From positions 2,240,001 through 2,304,000 of the forward strand of contig OY969934.1 of the NCBI GenBank assembly GCA_963704725.1: 64,000 nt of DNA, in the 5' to 3' direction. The notes below the pieces were generated by a model that worked only from the letters and a program-made list of their open reading frames with translations, was not told where the DNA came from and searched no databases. Positions 1 to 9,390 of this stretch are shown here, one piece after another. The translations under genes and the position numbers were made by a program. Every line of letters begins with the position of its first letter. The stretch's first letter is position 1. The stretch comes from an uncultured Actinomycetes bacterium (GTDB taxonomy: Bacteria > Actinomycetota > UBA4738 > HRBIN12).

Positions 1-1643
<1,643 letters not shown>

Positions 1644-1735
1644 GGGCGTCCCCCTTTCCACAGATGGGGAAGAGATGTGCAGAACTACAGAGCTGTGATT
1701 CAACACCCCGCGCGTGTCCGCGTCAAGCTCCTCGA

Positions 1736-1783
1736 ACAGGATATCTGGTGGTCTCGGGTTTCGTCGACCACAAGATATGGTGG
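1736..1783. promoter_or_regulatory. Tandem NrdR boxes upstream of nrdJ
   Basis: ACAGGATATCTGGTGG (1736-1751) and CCACAAGATATGGTGG (1768-1783) resemble consensus acaCwAtATaTwGtgt and start 32 bp apart. Confidence 0.85.
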
Positions 1784-1803
1784 TCGAGCTCCGGATCTCG
1801 GGA

Positions 1804-2280
1804 TCAGCGGGAGCGGTGCTTCGCGGGCTCCTTCTTGGGTAACAGGAGCCCGAGCTCGCGCTGGAAGTCGCCCACCTCCTGGAAGTCCTTGTAGACGCTG
1901 GCGAAGCGGACGTAGCCGACCTGGTCGAGGCGCTGCAGGTTCTGCAGGACCTCGAGCCCGATCTGCTGGGAGGTGATCTCGGGCCCCTTGCGGCGCAGCC
2001 GGGCCTCGATCCGCGCCACGAGCGACTCGACCTGGTCCTCGGTCACGGGCCGGTTGACGAGCGCCTTGCGGATGCCGGCGACCATCTTCCCCCGCTCCCA
2101 GGGCTCCTTCGCGCCGTCCCGCTTCACCACCATCAGCCCGAGGTCCTCGATCCGCTCGTGGGTCGTGTACCGCCGGCCGCACGACAGGCACTCGCGGCGG
2201 CGGCGGATCGATTCCCCGCGCTCGGCGGGCCGAGAGTCGACGACCTTGTCGTCGGCGTGCCCGCACCACGGACACCGCAT
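1804..2280 (-). CDS. nrdR: Transcriptional repressor NrdR
   Basis: MRCPWCGHADDKVVDSR...IRRRRECLSCGRRYTTHE zinc ribbon, ATP-cone, YVRFASVY. Confidence 0.97.
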   Translation of the reverse strand: MRCPWCGHADDKVVDSRPAERGESIRRRRECLSCGRRYTTHERIEDLGLMVVKRDGAKEPWERGKMVAGIRKALVNRPVTEDQVESLVARIEARLRRKGPEITSQQIGLEVLQNLQRLDQVGYVRFASVYKDFQEVGDFQRELGLLLPKKEPAKHRSR

Positions 2281-2288
2281 GCGCCTGC

Positions 2289-2304
2289 CCCCAAGATGTG
2301 GTGG
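2289..2304. promoter_or_regulatory. NrdR box just upstream of the nrdR start codon
   Basis: CCCCAAGATGTGGTGG, 14/16 identical to the box at 1768-1783. Confidence 0.7.
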
Positions 2305-2354
2305 TCGCGTGCACGCTACGAGGCCGCGTGCGGCGGCGTCAACGCGGGCCGAGG

Positions 2355-2675
2355 TCAGGGCCGCGCGAACAGCCGCCGAAGGGACTCCAGGCGCTCGTCC
2401 CACTGGCCGCCCACGTCCGTCATCCACGCCATGGCGTCGGTCATCGGCTTCGGCGTCAGGCGATAGCGGCGGCTCCGGCCCGCGGTCGTGGTCGCCACGA
2501 GGCCGGCCCCCTCGAGGGCGTCGAGATGCTTGGCCACGGCCTGCCTCGTCACCGGAAGGCGGGCGGCGAGCTCGGTCACGGTGCTCGGGCCATCCTCGGA
2601 GAGGCTGCGGATCACCGCCCGACGCGTGGGATCGGACAGGGCCGAGAAGACGGCGTCGACCCGGCGTTCGGTCAC
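2355..2675 (-). CDS. ArsR/SmtB-family transcriptional regulator
   Basis: VFSALSDPTRRAVI...VTRQAVAKHLDALEGAGLV; GTG start overlaps the upstream stop (GTGA). Confidence 0.9.
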   Translation of the reverse strand: MTERRVDAVFSALSDPTRRAVIRSLSEDGPSTVTELAARLPVTRQAVAKHLDALEGAGLVATTTAGRSRRYRLTPKPMTDAMAWMTDVGGQWDERLESLRRLFARP

Positions 2676-3040
2676 GACCCGACCCTCGCCGAGACGAGCG
2701 GTGCCGGCTCCTCGGTGACCACGAGCCGGGTTCCGGCCGGCGCGTCCTCGAGCGCGAACGCCACCCGGGTGGCCTCCCCCACCTCGAGGGTGGGCCCGGC
2801 GCCGGCGAGCCGCCGCCAACGGAACACGAGCTCGTGCTCCGGCTCCACGTGCTCGACGAGTCCCCGGCGGGTGGATCCGTCCGCCTCGCGCACGATCACG
2901 GAGCCGCCGGCCCTCGGCTCGAGCTCCACCACCTCGCCGAGCCAACCAGCGAGCCGATCGAGGCGGGTCAGCGCCTCCCAGACCGCCTCGCGAGATGCGG
3001 GGATCACGACGTCCCGGGTCACGGGCGGCCGCTCGCTCAT
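2672..3040 (-). CDS. SRPBCC/AHSA1-like (START-fold) protein
   Basis: MSERPPVTRDVVIPASREAVWEALT...LAGWLG...EPEHELVFRW...TRVAFALE...GTRLVVTE; coupled to the ArsR gene. Confidence 0.85.
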   Translation of the reverse strand: MSERPPVTRDVVIPASREAVWEALTRLDRLAGWLGEVVELEPRAGGSVIVREADGSTRRGLVEHVEPEHELVFRWRRLAGAGPTLEVGEATRVAFALEDAPAGTRLVVTEEPAPLVSARVGS

Positions 3041-3052
3041 CGCGCTCCGTAC

Positions 3053-3114
3053 GCAACCGCACGGTTGCCTCTCGTGAACGTCGGACGTAGGCTGTGACGC
3101 AACCTCATGGTTGC
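3053..3114. promoter_or_regulatory. Two palindromic operators GCAACC-N4-GGTTGC
   Basis: GCAACCGCACGGTTGC (3053-3068) and GCAACCTCATGGTTGC (3099-3114) in the divergent SRPBCC/clpP spacer; cognate ArsR is inferred. Confidence 0.8.
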
Positions 3115-3139
3115 ATCCTAACCCCGAAGGAGGAGCGCG

Positions 3140-3766
3140 ATGGCCGGCACGCTGGTTCCCACGGTGATCGAGGAGACGATGCGGGGCGAGCGCGCCTTCG
3201 ACATCTACTCGCGGCTGCTCCGGGAACGGATCGTGTTCCTGGGCGAGGAGATCGACGACGCGGTCGCGAACACGATCGTGGCGCAGCTCCTGTTCCTGGA
3301 CTCGGTCGAGCCCGGCAAGGACGTCGCGCTGTACGTGAACAGCCCGGGCGGATCCTCGACGGCCCTGTTCGCGATCTACGACACGATGCAGTTCCTCAAG
3401 TCCGACGTGGCCACGTACTGCCTGGGGCAGGCGGCCTCCGCCGCCGCCGTCATCCTGGCCTCGGGAACGCCGGGCAAGCGGTACGCGCTGCCGAACTCCC
3501 GCATCCTGCTTCACCAGCCGCACGGCGGGGTCCAGGGCCAGTCCGCCGACATCGAGATCCACGCCAAGGAGATCGCCCGGCAGCGCCGGCGCGTCGAGGA
3601 GCTCCTCGCGGAGCACACGGGGAAGTCGGCCGAGCAGATCCACGACGACACGGAGCGGGACTTCATCCTCCGACCCGAGGAGGCGCTCGCCTACGGCGTC
3701 GTCGACGAGGTCGTCGTGCGGCGCACGCTGATCGGGGTTCCCGAGCCGGTGGCGCTGCGCCCCTAA
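3140..3766 (+). CDS. clpP: ATP-dependent Clp protease proteolytic subunit (stand-alone paralog)
   Basis: [24 protein letters not shown](Ser), LHQP(His), ERD(Asp); SD AAGGAGG. Confidence 0.96.
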   Translation: MAGTLVPTVIEETMRGERAFDIYSRLLRERIVFLGEEIDDAVANTIVAQLLFLDSVEPGKDVALYVNSPGGSSTALFAIYDTMQFLKSDVATYCLGQAASAAAVILASGTPGKRYALPNSRILLHQPHGGVQGQSADIEIHAKEIARQRRRVEELLAEHTGKSAEQIHDDTERDFILRPEEALAYGVVDEVVVRRTLIGVPEPVALRP

Positions 3767-4056
3767 CCCGTCACGGGAATCACGAGGACCAGGCCCGGCA
3801 CGAGCGCGCCGGCTTCGACCCGGTTGGCCTCGGAGATCGCGTCCACCACCGACCGCGGGTCCTCCCCCGGGGCCACGCGACGGGCGATCGACCACAGGGT
3901 GTCGCCCGGATGCACCAGATACGTCGAGTGGGAGACCGGCCGGGGCGTCTCGTCCCGGCCGAGCGCCTCCGCCACGGGCCCGACCCACAGCCCCGCCGCC
4001 AGGGCGGCGACGAGCGTCAGGGTCAGCCGACGGCGGCGAACGCGTGTTCGACTCAC
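3763..4056 (-). CDS. Membrane-anchored LysM protein, YneA/ChiZ-like SOS division inhibitor
   Basis: N-terminal TM helix plus LysM ([13 protein letters not shown]...N...LVPG..LVIP); divergent from lexA. Confidence 0.85.
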   Translation of the reverse strand: MSRTRVRRRRLTLTLVAALAAGLWVGPVAEALGRDETPRPVSHSTYLVHPGDTLWSIARRVAPGEDPRSVVDAISEANRVEAGALVPGLVLVIPVTG

Positions 4057-4113
4057 GTGGGTATCCTACCGAACGCACGTTCGAGGTCAAGGGTCGGACC
4101 GAACATATGTTTG
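4037..4113. promoter_or_regulatory. Three LexA (SOS) boxes and the leaderless promoter of the LysM gene
   Basis: CGAACGCGTGTTCG 4037-4050, CGAACGCACGTTCG 4070-4083, CGAACATATGTTTG 4100-4113; minus-strand TTGACC-16-TAGGAT-6-GTG. Confidence 0.9.
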
Positions 4114-4165
4114 AACGCCTCCCGCCGTCGTGCTACGGTCCCCGAGCCTAGGAGGGGGCACCGAC

Positions 4166-4870
4166 ATGACTTCGACGGGACGGACTTCCACGGAACGGAC
4201 TTCCAGGGGACCGACCTCCACGGGACGGACCTCGACCGGGTCACCACGGACGCCGAGGATCGAGCCGAACCTCACGCCGAGGCAGCGCAGGATCGTCGAC
4301 TTCATCGGAGAGACCGTGCGCGAGCGGGGATACCCGCCGACGGTTCGGGAGATCGGCGAGGCCGTGGGGCTCACCTCCTCCTCGAGCGTGCATGCGCAGA
4401 TCGCGAACCTGGAGCGCCTCGGGCTCCTGCACAAGGACCCCACCAAGCCGCGAGCGATGACGCTGTCCGAGCCCAAGGTCGAGGGGGCGGTCGTGCCCCT
4501 TCTCGGGCGGATCGCCGCCGGGGCGCCGGTCCTGGCCGTCGAGCACGTCGAGGAGTACGTCACGGTCCCCATGGGATTCGTCGGGGGGGCCGACCACTTC
4601 GCGCTCCGGGTGCGGGGCGACTCGATGATCGGCGCCGGGATCCTGGACGGCGACCTGGTCATCGTCCGTGCCGGGCAGAGCGCCGAGGACGGGGACGTCG
4701 TCGCCGCGCTCCTGCCCGGGCCCGCCGAGGACGAGGCCACGGTCAAGCGCCTCAAACGATCGCGGAACCGGATCCTGCTTGTCCCCGAGAACCCCGCGCT
4801 CGAACCGTTCGAGATGGACCCGGAGGGGCGGATCCTGGGCACGGTGGTGGCCGTCCTGCGGAAGCTCTAG
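4166..4870 (+). CDS. lexA: SOS repressor LexA with repetitive N-terminal extension
   Basis: LTPRQ..GYPPTVREIG HTH, IAAG cleavage site, GDSM serine, TVKR lysine; ATG 4166 after AGGAGG. Confidence 0.96.
   Translation: MTSTGRTSTERTSRGPTSTGRTSTGSPRTPRIEPNLTPRQRRIVDFIGETVRERGYPPTVREIGEAVGLTSSSSVHAQIANLERLGLLHKDPTKPRAMTLSEPKVEGAVVPLLGRIAAGAPVLAVEHVEEYVTVPMGFVGGADHFALRVRGDSMIGAGILDGDLVIVRAGQSAEDGDVVAALLPGPAEDEATVKRLKRSRNRILLVPENPALEPFEMDPEGRILGTVVAVLRKL
4168..4242 (+). repeat. Five degenerate 15-bp tandem repeats at the lexA 5' end
   Basis: GACTTCGACGGGACG / GACTTCCACGGAACG / GACTTCCAGGGGACC / GACCTCCACGGGACG / GACCTCGACCGGGTC. Confidence 0.9.
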
Positions 4871-4901
4871 GCTCCGCCAGTCGCCGCCACCGGAGGGCCG
4901 C

Positions 4902-5894
4902 ATGTCCGACGTCCAGCCGTCCGCTCCCGCGCTCGAGCGTCAGATCGCCGCGCAACCCGACGAGCTCGCCCGCCTGCTCGACCAGCCCATCCCGCACTCG
5001 ACCATCGAGGGTCTTCGCCAGGCCCATCGGATCTGGCTCGTCGGGACGGGCACCAGCCAGCACGCCGCCGAGCTCGGCGCGATGATGCTGCACGAGGCGG
5101 GCCGCGGCGCGCACGCGATGAGCTCGATGCACTTCGTGAACTGGGCCCCGCCCATCGACCCGGCGGACGCCGTAATCCTGATCAGCCACAACGCCGGCAC
5201 CGAGACCTCCTACGCCGGCGCGGCATGGACGATCGCGATCCATGCGGGGCTCGGGGTCATCCCCATCACGCGGCGGGGCGGCCAGATGCACGGCGCGATC
5301 CAGACGGTCGACAAGGAGACCTCGCACACCTACTCCGTGAGCTACACGGCGGCGCTCCTGGTCCTGGCACGGCTCGCCCTCGCGCTGGGGGCCGACGGCA
5401 TCGACGCCGAGATGCTGGGACGCGTCCCGGACGCCGTCCGGACGGCGATCGCCGACCCCGGGACCGACGCCTTCGAGCCGCCGGGCCGCCTCCTCGTCCT
5501 GACCGGTGAGGGCCCCTCCTCGGTGACCGCGCGCGAGGGCGCGCTCAAGGTCCGGGAGGCCTCCCGCTTCCCCTGTGAGGGCTACGACGTCGAGTACCTC
5601 CTCCACGGCCATGCCGTACCGCTCTCGCCTGAGGACCGCCTGGTCGCGCTGACGCCGCCGGACACCGACGGCCTCGTGGCCGCCGTGGCGGGTGCCGCCG
5701 AGGCCGCGGGAGTGCCGGTGACCCGGGTCCTCGAGCCGGCGGACCTCCCGCCGCTGCTCGCCCAGATCCCCCTGGTGGTGCGGCTCCAGATCCTGGCGCT
5801 GCGGTTCGCCAAGGCGCGAGGGTTCGACCCCGACGTCGCGATCGAGGGGCCGTGGGCCGACGAGCGGCTGTGGGCGATCGGCTCCCCCCGGTAG
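4902..5894 (+). CDS. Double SIS-domain sugar-phosphate isomerase/deaminase (GlmS C-terminal/FrlB-like)
   Basis: IAAQPDEL, LVGTGTS, AREGALKVRE, EYLLHGH; no glutaminase domain. Confidence 0.8.
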   Translation: MSDVQPSAPALERQIAAQPDELARLLDQPIPHSTIEGLRQAHRIWLVGTGTSQHAAELGAMMLHEAGRGAHAMSSMHFVNWAPPIDPADAVILISHNAGTETSYAGAAWTIAIHAGLGVIPITRRGGQMHGAIQTVDKETSHTYSVSYTAALLVLARLALALGADGIDAEMLGRVPDAVRTAIADPGTDAFEPPGRLLVLTGEGPSSVTAREGALKVREASRFPCEGYDVEYLLHGHAVPLSPEDRLVALTPPDTDGLVAAVAGAAEAAGVPVTRVLEPADLPPLLAQIPLVVRLQILALRFAKARGFDPDVAIEGPWADERLWAIGSPR

Positions 5895-5905
5895 CCGTCC
5901 CGGCG

Positions 5906-6487
5906 TCAGAGGTAGCCGTGCTTCAACAGCCGATCCGCACCCTGGTCGAACCGCTCGGGCGTCACCACGATGAACCCCAGCGTGTCCGCGACGCGGTCGA
6001 TGAGGTTGAAGCAGAAGGCCACGAAGAGCGCGTCCACCACACCCTCGACGCCCACCCCGGCCGAGAGCACCGGCTGCACGTCGCTCGGCCGGACCTCGCC
6101 CGGGCGAAGCGTCACGGTGTCCAGGAGCGCCAACGTCGCGCGAACGCGTTCGGATACGGGGGCCGTCCTCCAGTCCCGAAGGACGGCGGCGGTCTCCTGC
6201 TTCCCGAAGCTCTTCGACGCGACCGCGCCGTGGGCCCCCGTTCAGAACTCGCAGCGGTTGCGCTCGGAGACGAAGGCGGCGAACAGCTCCCGCTCGCCGA
6301 CCGTCCACTCCGAGGGACCGCGCATGACCTGCTGGATCAGCTGGTTGAAGGGGCTGCCGAAGAACGACGGCCGGTACGAGAGCGTCTTCACGACGTCGAC
6401 CGGGGGAGCCCCCGACAGGAGCCGGATGACGGCGAACTTCGCCTTCGCCCCGGCCCCCCGGCCCCGGGCGATCGCCTCGAGGCGCAT
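5906..6487 (-). CDS. AhpD/CMD-family peroxidase-related protein, probable selenoprotein (UGA at 6244-6242)
   Basis: ORFs 6242..6487 and 5906..6133 are one frame separated only by TGA: RELFAAFVSERNRCEF-U-TGAHGAVA..., the AhpD CxxCxxxH motif; 193 aa if read through. Confidence 0.85.
6206..6239 (-). promoter_or_regulatory. Putative bacterial SECIS element
   Basis: UGA-11 nt-CGGCGC[GGUC]GCGUCG hairpin with lower stem GGGGC/GCUUC. Confidence 0.7.
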
Positions 6488-6807
6488 CAGGCCTCTTCCT
6501 CGGCCTCGCCGACGGCCCGGAGGCCGGCCTGCAGCCGCTCCAGCGCGGCGCCGTAGGCCGCCGCCACCGTCAGCTCGAACACGTGGTCCTGGTCCGCCCC
6601 GGCCGCACGGAGGCCGGCGACGTCGTCGTCGGTGATCCGGTAGGCGTGCCGGTGGATCGTGTCGACGAACGCCGTGTAGGGCTCCGGCACCCCCTCGTTG
6701 CGAGCGGCCGAGCGCCGGACCTCGGGCTCGAGCACGCCGGGACTCTCCAGGATCGCCTCGCCGAGCGCCTCGAGCAGCGGGCGGTGGAGGTCGGTGGCGT
6801 CGGTCAT
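6487..6807 (-). CDS. AhpD-like helical partner protein without cysteines
   Basis: HAYRITDDDVAGLRAAGADQDHVFELTVAAAYG; TGATG-coupled to the putative selenoprotein gene. Confidence 0.7.
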   Translation of the reverse strand: MTDATDLHRPLLEALGEAILESPGVLEPEVRRSAARNEGVPEPYTAFVDTIHRHAYRITDDDVAGLRAAGADQDHVFELTVAAAYGAALERLQAGLRAVGEAEEEA

Positions 6808-6874
6808 CGGGACATCGCGCGGAGTATCTCCGCCCGCGGCAGGCATGGCAACCGCGGGAGGTCTGTCGGCGGAG

Positions 6875-8236
6875 TCAGCGCTCGGCGGGCGCGCCCCGGT
6901 CGGCCGGCGAGGTCTCGTCCTGCGCGAGATCCCTCACCGCCGCGTGCACGCGCGCGCCCACCCGGGCCCGAACGAGGATCCCGGTCTCGCACGCCGTCTC
7001 CGAGAGCACCTCGGCCTCGCGGTGCAGGAGCGCTGTGACGTCCTCCCGCCCGTAGGGCACGAGCAGCGAGACCTCGATGGGGAACCGCGGCAACGCGTCC
7101 TCGACCCGGTCCCTGAGCCCCTCGAGCCCCTCCCCGGTGACGGCCGAGATCTGTGCGGCGTCGCCGTCGAACCGGTTCCTCAGTCGCTCGCGATCGGGCT
7201 GGGAGAGCCGGTCGACCTTGTTCAGGGCCAGCACCTCCGGGATCCGGGAGGCCCCGATCTCGTGCAGCACGGTGCGAACGGCCTCGATCTGCTGCGGGAG
7301 CTCCGGCGAGGACGCGTCGGCGACGTGGAGGATGAGCGTGGCCCGCGCCACCTCCTCCAGCGTCGAGCGGAACGCCTCGACGAGATCGTGCGGGAGCTTG
7401 CTCACGAACCCCACGGTGTCGGAGAGCGTCGCGGCGCGGCCGCCGGGGAGCTCGATCCGCCGGACGGTCGGGTCGAGCGTGGCGAAGAGCTGATCGGCCA
7501 CCACGACGTCCGAGCCGGTGAGCGCGTTCATGAGCGTGGACTTCCCGGCGTTCGTGTACCCGGCGATGGCGATCTGGGGGATCCCCGATCGCTCGCGGCT
7601 CGACCGCTTCACGTCGCGGGTGCGGGAGAGGTCCTTGAGATCCTTGCGCAGCTTGGAGATCCGCCGCTTGATGTGCTGGCGGTCGATCTCGAGCTTGGTC
7701 TCGCCGGGGCCGCGCCGGGTGCCGATGCCGCCGCCCATGCGGCTCATGGCCTCGCCCCACCCTCGCAGGCGCGGCAACAGGTAGTTGAGCTGCGCCAGCT
7801 CGACCTGCGCCTTGCCCTCCCGGCTCCGCGCGTGCAACGCGAAGATGTCCAGGATCAGCGCCGTGCGGTCGATGACCTTGACCTTGAGCTTCTCCTCCAG
7901 GTTGCGGAGCTGGCCCGGCGTGAGCTCGGAGTCCAAGATCACGGCCTCGGCGCCGGCGCGATGGACCTCGCGGTGGATCTCCTCGAGCTTGCCCTTGCCG
8001 ACGAAGGTCGCGGGGTCGGGGTCCTGGCGCGTCTGCAGGACGCGGGCCACGGTCTCGGCCCCCGCCGAGTCGGCCAGCGCCGCCAGCTCGTCGAGGTCCG
8101 ACTCCTCGATCCCCCGACCCACGCCGACGAGCACGGCGCGCTCCTGCACCCGTGGCCGCCACGTGGCGGCGAGCGGCGACTCGAGCGTCGTGGTTTCGTG
8201 AACGCCCCGGGGTCGCTTCCGTCCGTTCTGCGACAT
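6875..8236 (-). CDS. hflX: GTPase HflX
   Basis: DRTALILDIFA, RGPGETKLE, GYTNAGKS, DTVG, NKVD; exact start uncertain. Confidence 0.96.
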   Translation of the reverse strand: MSQNGRKRPRGVHETTTLESPLAATWRPRVQERAVLVGVGRGIEESDLDELAALADSAGAETVARVLQTRQDPDPATFVGKGKLEEIHREVHRAGAEAVILDSELTPGQLRNLEEKLKVKVIDRTALILDIFALHARSREGKAQVELAQLNYLLPRLRGWGEAMSRMGGGIGTRRGPGETKLEIDRQHIKRRISKLRKDLKDLSRTRDVKRSSRERSGIPQIAIAGYTNAGKSTLMNALTGSDVVVADQLFATLDPTVRRIELPGGRAATLSDTVGFVSKLPHDLVEAFRSTLEEVARATLILHVADASSPELPQQIEAVRTVLHEIGASRIPEVLALNKVDRLSQPDRERLRNRFDGDAAQISAVTGEGLEGLRDRVEDALPRFPIEVSLLVPYGREDVTALLHREAEVLSETACETGILVRARVGARVHAAVRDLAQDETSPADRGAPAER

Positions 8237-9390
8237 CAGGAGAGCATGGCGCGAAGACGCGTCATCGCCTCGGCCAGGCGGTCGTCCGGCACGGTCAGCG
8301 ACAGGCGGACGTAGCCCTCGCCGAGGCTGCCGTAGCCGTTCCCGGGCGCGACGAACACGCCCGCCTCGTCGAGCAGCCGATCGGCGAACGACACCGAGGT
8401 CTCGCCCTCGGGGACCGGCGCCCACACGTAGCACGAGCCGAGCGGCGGCTTGAGCGACCACCCGAGGTCGTTCAGCGTCCCGACGACGACGTCGCGCCGG
8501 CGCCGGTACGTGGCGCGCAGCTCGTCCAGGTGCTCCGGCGGGCCGTCGAGGGCGGCGATCGCGGCTCGCTGAACCGCCGTGAACTGCCCGCTGTCCAGGT
8601 TGGTCTTCACGACGCCGAGCGCCCGGATGGCCTCGGCAGAGCCGGCCGCCCAGCCGATCCTCCACCCCGTCATGTTGTAGAGCTTCGACGCCGAGCCGAA
8701 CTCGAGCGCGACGTCCTTCGCCCCCGGCACCTGGAGCACCGACGGCGCCACGAACCCGTCGAACGTGATCTCCGAGTACGCCGCGTCGTGCAAGAGGAGC
8801 AGGCCGTGGTCGCGGCAGAACGCCACGGCCTCCTCGAACGTGGTGAGCTCGGCCACGGCCGCCGTCGGATTGGACGGGTAGTTGAGCCACATCGTCCTCG
8901 TGCGTTCGCCGACCGGTGCCGCACCGAAGTCGGGCAGGAAGCCGTCCTCGGCCCGCAGCGGGAGCGAGATCGGGACGCCCCCGGCGAGCCGGGCGGACAC
9001 GCCGTAGACGGGGTAGCCGGGGTCGGCCACGAGCGACTCGTCGCCGGGGTCCACGTAGGCCAGGGCGATGTGGCCGATCCCCTCCTTCGACCCGATGAGC
9101 GCCATGACCTCGGTCTCCGGGTCGAGCTCGACGCCGAACCGCCGCCCGTAGAAGGCGGCCACGGCCGTGCGGTATTCGATCGAGCCCCAGTAGCTGGGGT
9201 ACCGGTGCGTGGACGGGTCCGCCACCGCCTCGCGCATCGCCTCGACCACGTGGCGGGGGGTGGGCAGGTCGGGATCGCCCACGCCGAGCGAGATCACGTC
9301 GACGCCCTGGGCCCGCTTGGCCGAGACCTTCCGGTCGAGCTCGGCGAACAGGTAGGGCGGCAGCGACTCGATCCGCCGGGCCACCCTCAC
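8236..9390 (-). CDS. dapL: PLP aminotransferase, LL-diaminopimelate aminotransferase type
   Basis: LPPYLFAELD...DVISLGVGDPD, NYPSNPT, DAAY, SKLYNMTGWRIG; coupled to dapF. Confidence 0.8.
   Translation of the reverse strand: MRVARRIESLPPYLFAELDRKVSAKRAQGVDVISLGVGDPDLPTPRHVVEAMREAVADPSTHRYPSYWGSIEYRTAVAAFYGRRFGVELDPETEVMALIGSKEGIGHIALAYVDPGDESLVADPGYPVYGVSARLAGGVPISLPLRAEDGFLPDFGAAPVGERTRTMWLNYPSNPTAAVAELTTFEEAVAFCRDHGLLLLHDAAYSEITFDGFVAPSVLQVPGAKDVALEFGSASKLYNMTGWRIGWAAGSAEAIRALGVVKTNLDSGQFTAVQRAAIAALDGPPEHLDELRATYRRRRDVVVGTLNDLGWSLKPPLGSCYVWAPVPEGETSVSFADRLLDEAGVFVAPGNGYGSLGEGYVRLSLTVPDDRLAEAMTRLRAMLS

Noticed and set aside
1644-1803. Cobalamin riboswitch or SOS box upstream of nrdJ
   Set aside because: No B12-box seen; TCGAAC lacks the GTTC half-site and overlaps an NrdR box
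5906-6487. Pseudogene or two separate small genes
   Set aside because: The UGA falls exactly at a catalytic Cys position, the frame is intact and a SECIS-like hairpin is correctly spaced
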